Origin: an uncultured Bacilli bacterium
GTDB lineage: Bacteria > Bacillota_I > Bacilli_A > RF39 > UBA660
Length of the DNA stretch: 43,956 nt
Assembly (NCBI GenBank): GCA_947595345.1
Contig: CANQEQ010000001.1
Coordinates: 1 to 43,956, forward strand
Direction: 5' to 3'
Numbering within the stretch: the stretch's first letter is position 1; the number at the start of each line of letters is the position of its first letter. The position numbers and the translations under genes are program-made. Of the stretch, positions 42,301-43,956 are shown one piece after another. The notes under the pieces are model-generated. The model was not told the origin of the DNA and did no database searches. It saw only the letters and a program-made list of their open reading frames with translations.

Positions 42301-42617
42301 AAGATGTAAAAACTAGTCTTGAAGATAGATTTGGTAAGATAAGTCCGGAGTTATTAATATATATGCAAGAGGTTTGGTTTGAGAAATTAGCTAAAAAGGC
42401 TGGAATTGAAGATGTTCATGAGAGTAAAGATAAGATAGAACTTATTTTTAGTATAGAAAGTACTAAAGAAATAAATGGAGAAGAATTATTCATGAAAGCT
42501 TATAATTTAAGTCGTAATTTTAGTTTTAGTTATCAGCATTTACGTCTTTTTGTAACCCTTATTAAAAAGGACTTAGAAAAGCATCCAATTTATTATTTGA
42601 TAGATTTATTAAAATAG
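39345..42617 (+). CDS. mfd: Transcription-repair coupling factor Mfd
   Basis: The protein is 1090 aa. Matches include the RNAP-interaction segment GDYIVHSINGIGVY and the helicase motifs GDVGFGKTEVA, DEEQRFGV, TATPIPRTL and QIRGRVGRS. It follows the pth-mfd order. Confidence 0.95.
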   Translation: MHNLFDLFNVVEENNVGLSGMTDESFCLWLVKKFKSSKKGILVLTSNLTEASNLLNILNSMTKDCLFFPMDDFLTSVAISSSPDLMVTRLETLNELLINSKKIVVTHLMGYLRYLPSVKTYKENILKLQVGFEIEPQKLVEKLYNMGYKRETLVTTTGEVGPRGFVVDIFPVSSNRPIRIEFFGDLIESIRTFDEETQKSLKEINDITIYPYTEFLLTDYSKLEKRRQEELPNYTKDIVNIEAYLGKPLVIVKDYDRLKSTYLKIEEEIKNYKLTDNYQGNYMFDLALLDYKKCLNYLSINNLNIGNLDKLYDFKVKEAPKFHENIDAINSYIKEAISLKKQVIICLKDYQIKNFTKYLEVPYLLTDFNNLSLDIVNILNFDLQKGFIYQAQIILTSADLFNIQVKKHKYKTKFKYATKINNINKLEIGDYIVHSINGIGVYNGIKTLTVNSLKKDFLEILYKGDDKLYIPVEKIDLISKYSGKEGVVPKINSLGSSEWRKNKQRIINKVHDIAAKLINIYAKREMQEGFAFSKDTSLHEEFYNEFIYTPTKDQVKAFLEIKKDMESKHPMDRLLCGDVGFGKTEVAFRAIFKAIYDNKQVLYLCPTTILSNQQYQSALERFKNFPIKIGLLNRFTTSKQVKEITDGLKEGSYDLVIGTHRLLSNDIKPKNLGLLIIDEEQRFGVTHKEKLREYKASVDVLTLTATPIPRTLQMSIVGIRAISVIETPPVNRFPVQTYVVYEKDEIIKDAIIKEISRDGQIFILYNRVETIDSKKEELERLVPSARIIVAHGKLTKTELEDRMLKFINHEYDILLCTTIIETGIDISNANTLIVLDADRFGLAQLYQIRGRVGRSSQIAYAYLMYPENKVLTETSIKRLNTLKEFTELGSGYSIASRDLSIRGAGDILGSEQAGFIDTVGIDLYLKILNDEVKRIKGLEIEEEKIKDEKPLLNVSTHIEDNYVLDNDLKIEIHKMINTINSYDKLQDVKTSLEDRFGKISPELLIYMQEVWFEKLAKKAGIEDVHESKDKIELIFSIESTKEINGEELFMKAYNLSRNFSFSYQHLRLFVTLIKKDLEKHPIYYLIDLLK

Positions 42618-42669
42618 TTTTCAAATAGTTGAAAAAATAATATAATTATATAATAAGAGAGGATTTAAT

Positions 42670-43515
42670 ATGAAAAAAAATATAATATTAGTAATTAAAG
42701 GTATGTTTATAGGACTTGCTAATGTAATTCCTGGGGTAAGTGGAGGAACTTTAATGATAACTTTAGGAATATATGAAGATTTGATTAATACAATTAGTCA
42801 TTTCTTTAGTAATTTCAAAAAAAATCTTAAGTTTTTACTTCCTTTAGCTATTGGTTTAGTTTTAGCAGTTTTACTATTTAGTAAGGTAATTGGTTTTAGC
42901 TTAGATAAGTTTCCGTTTGCAACTACTTTATTCTTTATTGGTTTAATTTTAGGAGGTCTACCTATTTTATGGAAGAAAGTTTATAAAGAGAAAAAGAGTA
43001 TTTCTAATTGGTTAATATTTGCTTTAACTTTTCTAGGTGTTATTGTTTTAACATTCTTAAAATCCGGTTCAACTATTGTTAGTTTTGAAAACATTGGAGT
43101 AATTGATTATTTGCTTTTATTTTTAGTTGGTGTAATATCAGCTGCTACTATGATTATCCCGGGTATAAGTGGTTCCTTTATATTAATGCTTTTAGGTTAT
43201 TATAAACCTATAATTGATACGATTAGAAGTTTAACAAATTTTAGTTTATTAGGACATAATATATTGGTATTATTGCCATTTGGTCTAGGTATTATAATTG
43301 GTATAATTGGAGTAGCTAAGTTAATTGAATTTTTATTACATAAGTTTGAAATTAAAACTTACTTTGGGGTTTTAGGTTTTGTTTTAGCTTCTATAATTGC
43401 TATTTTAACCCCTTTAATGGCAACTAGTTTAAAACTTGCAGAAGGAATAGTTTCAGCCCTTTTATTTGTAATTGGCTTTCTAGTAGCTTATAAGATGGGA
43501 GAAATTAATAAATAA
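42670..43515 (+). CDS. DUF368-family membrane protein (PopT-like putative polyprenyl-phosphate transporter family)
   Basis: The duplicated signature appears as GLANVIPGVSGGTLMITLGIY and MIIPGISGSFILMLLGYY. There are about 8 TM segments. Confidence 0.8.
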   Translation: MKKNIILVIKGMFIGLANVIPGVSGGTLMITLGIYEDLINTISHFFSNFKKNLKFLLPLAIGLVLAVLLFSKVIGFSLDKFPFATTLFFIGLILGGLPILWKKVYKEKKSISNWLIFALTFLGVIVLTFLKSGSTIVSFENIGVIDYLLLFLVGVISAATMIIPGISGSFILMLLGYYKPIIDTIRSLTNFSLLGHNILVLLPFGLGIIIGIIGVAKLIEFLLHKFEIKTYFGVLGFVLASIIAILTPLMATSLKLAEGIVSALLFVIGFLVAYKMGEINK

Positions 43516-43565
43516 TAATTATTAATTTAGAAAAACTTTTATTAATTAGTTTGATAGTATTAAGA

Positions 43566-43605
43566 GAACATAAATTAGAAATTAAAGTTAGTTTATGTTC
43601 TTTTT
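43566..43605 (+). terminator. Rho-independent terminator after the DUF368 gene
   Basis: The stem pairs gaacataaa (43566-74) with tttatgttc (43592-600), followed by T5. Confidence 0.5.
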
Positions 43606-43812
43606 AGTATGTAAATTTTTGTAAATTAATTAAATTGAAAGAAATTTTTAGAGTTTAAAAATAAATTTTAGGAATACTTATTTTCTAAAGGTTTTAATGG
43701 TTTAGTTAAAAATAATTTAAAAAAGTTTTAGTAACCTAAAAATTTTTAAATAAAAACCGAGTATATTAATAATAGGAGGATAAAAAAACTTCTAGAAAGG
43801 AGGGTTATAAAA

Positions 43813-43860
43813 ATGAAGAAAAAGAATAAAAGGGTTTTTAAAAATAAAGAAAAGGAGTAG
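43813..43860 (+). other. 15-codon Lys-rich mini-ORF (MKKKNKRVFKNKEKE) with a strong SD
   Basis: SD gaaaggaggg lies 7 nt upstream. Its last codons (aaggag) form the SD of the next ORF. Confidence 0.3.
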
Positions 43861-43864
43861 AAAA

Positions 43865-43956
43865 ATGACTAAAAAACAATTAAAACATAAAGGTGAAATA
43901 ATGCTTCAGTCCTATGACGAGGCTTTTAAAATAATGTATGGAAATCCTGAGAATAT
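43865..43956 (+). CDS. 5' fragment of a gene running off the window, possibly an Rpn/PD-(D/E)XK recombination-promoting nuclease-type putative transposase
   Basis: The fragment reads MTKKQLKHKGEIMLQSYDEAFKIMYGNPEN. The YDEAFKxxxGNPEN segment resembles the N-terminal (D)xxFKxxFG..(E)N motif of that family. Only 30 codons are visible. Confidence 0.3.
   Translation, partial: MTKKQLKHKGEIMLQSYDEAFKIMYGNPEN

Noticed and set aside
1-43956. CRISPR arrays, rRNA or tRNA genes, prophage or IS elements
   Set aside because: I saw no regularly spaced direct repeats, no rRNA-like conserved stretches and no cloverleaf-like GC-rich segments. There are no integrase, transposase or capsid genes, apart from the ambiguous 30-codon fragment at the right edge.

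Overview
This window is the chromosomal replication-origin region of a very AT-rich, low-GC Bacillota-type genome. GC content was judged by eye, not computed. The genetic code is standard: TGA ends ychF at its conserved C-terminus and Trp is encoded by TGG.

Synteny is Bacillus/Clostridium-like.
- Minus strand, left of about 19 kb: ychF, AbgT-family transporter, DUF951, parB(spo0J), soj, noc, rsmG, mnmG, mnmE, jag, yidC, rnpA, rpmH.
- A bipartite DnaA-box oriC flanks dnaA.
- Plus strand, right of the origin: dnaA, dnaN, comK, recF, gyrB, gyrA, an accessory islet, ffs (SRP RNA), tadA, dnaX, ybaB, recR, bofA, holB, yaaT/ricT, a yabB-type methyltransferase, an orphan ORF, pth, mfd and a DUF368 protein.
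- Gene orientation flips exactly at oriC.
- I saw no rRNA, tRNA, CRISPR array or clear complete mobile element.

The main items worth a second look are:
1. An XRE-linked operon of two tandemly duplicated pairs of roughly 100-aa helical proteins (A-B-A'-B') lies between gyrA and ffs. I cannot assign these proteins to a family.
2. The Noc/ParB-family protein carries a roughly 480-aa Asn/Gln-rich (prion-like) plus acidic insertion. A perfect 20-bp palindrome containing the Noc-binding-site consensus sits inside dnaX.
3. Three otherwise intact genes (parB/spo0J, an XRE paralog and a hypothetical gene) are each interrupted by a single in-frame TAA.
4. A ComK-family gene is wedged between dnaN and recF. 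It lies behind an inverted DnaA-box pair and a 10-bp direct repeat that recurs upstream of an orphan ORF inserted between jag and mnmE.
5. A tiny SD-to-terminator unit has a reading frame set by a G9/C9 homopolymer.

All functional calls come from motif recognition by eye. No database search was possible.
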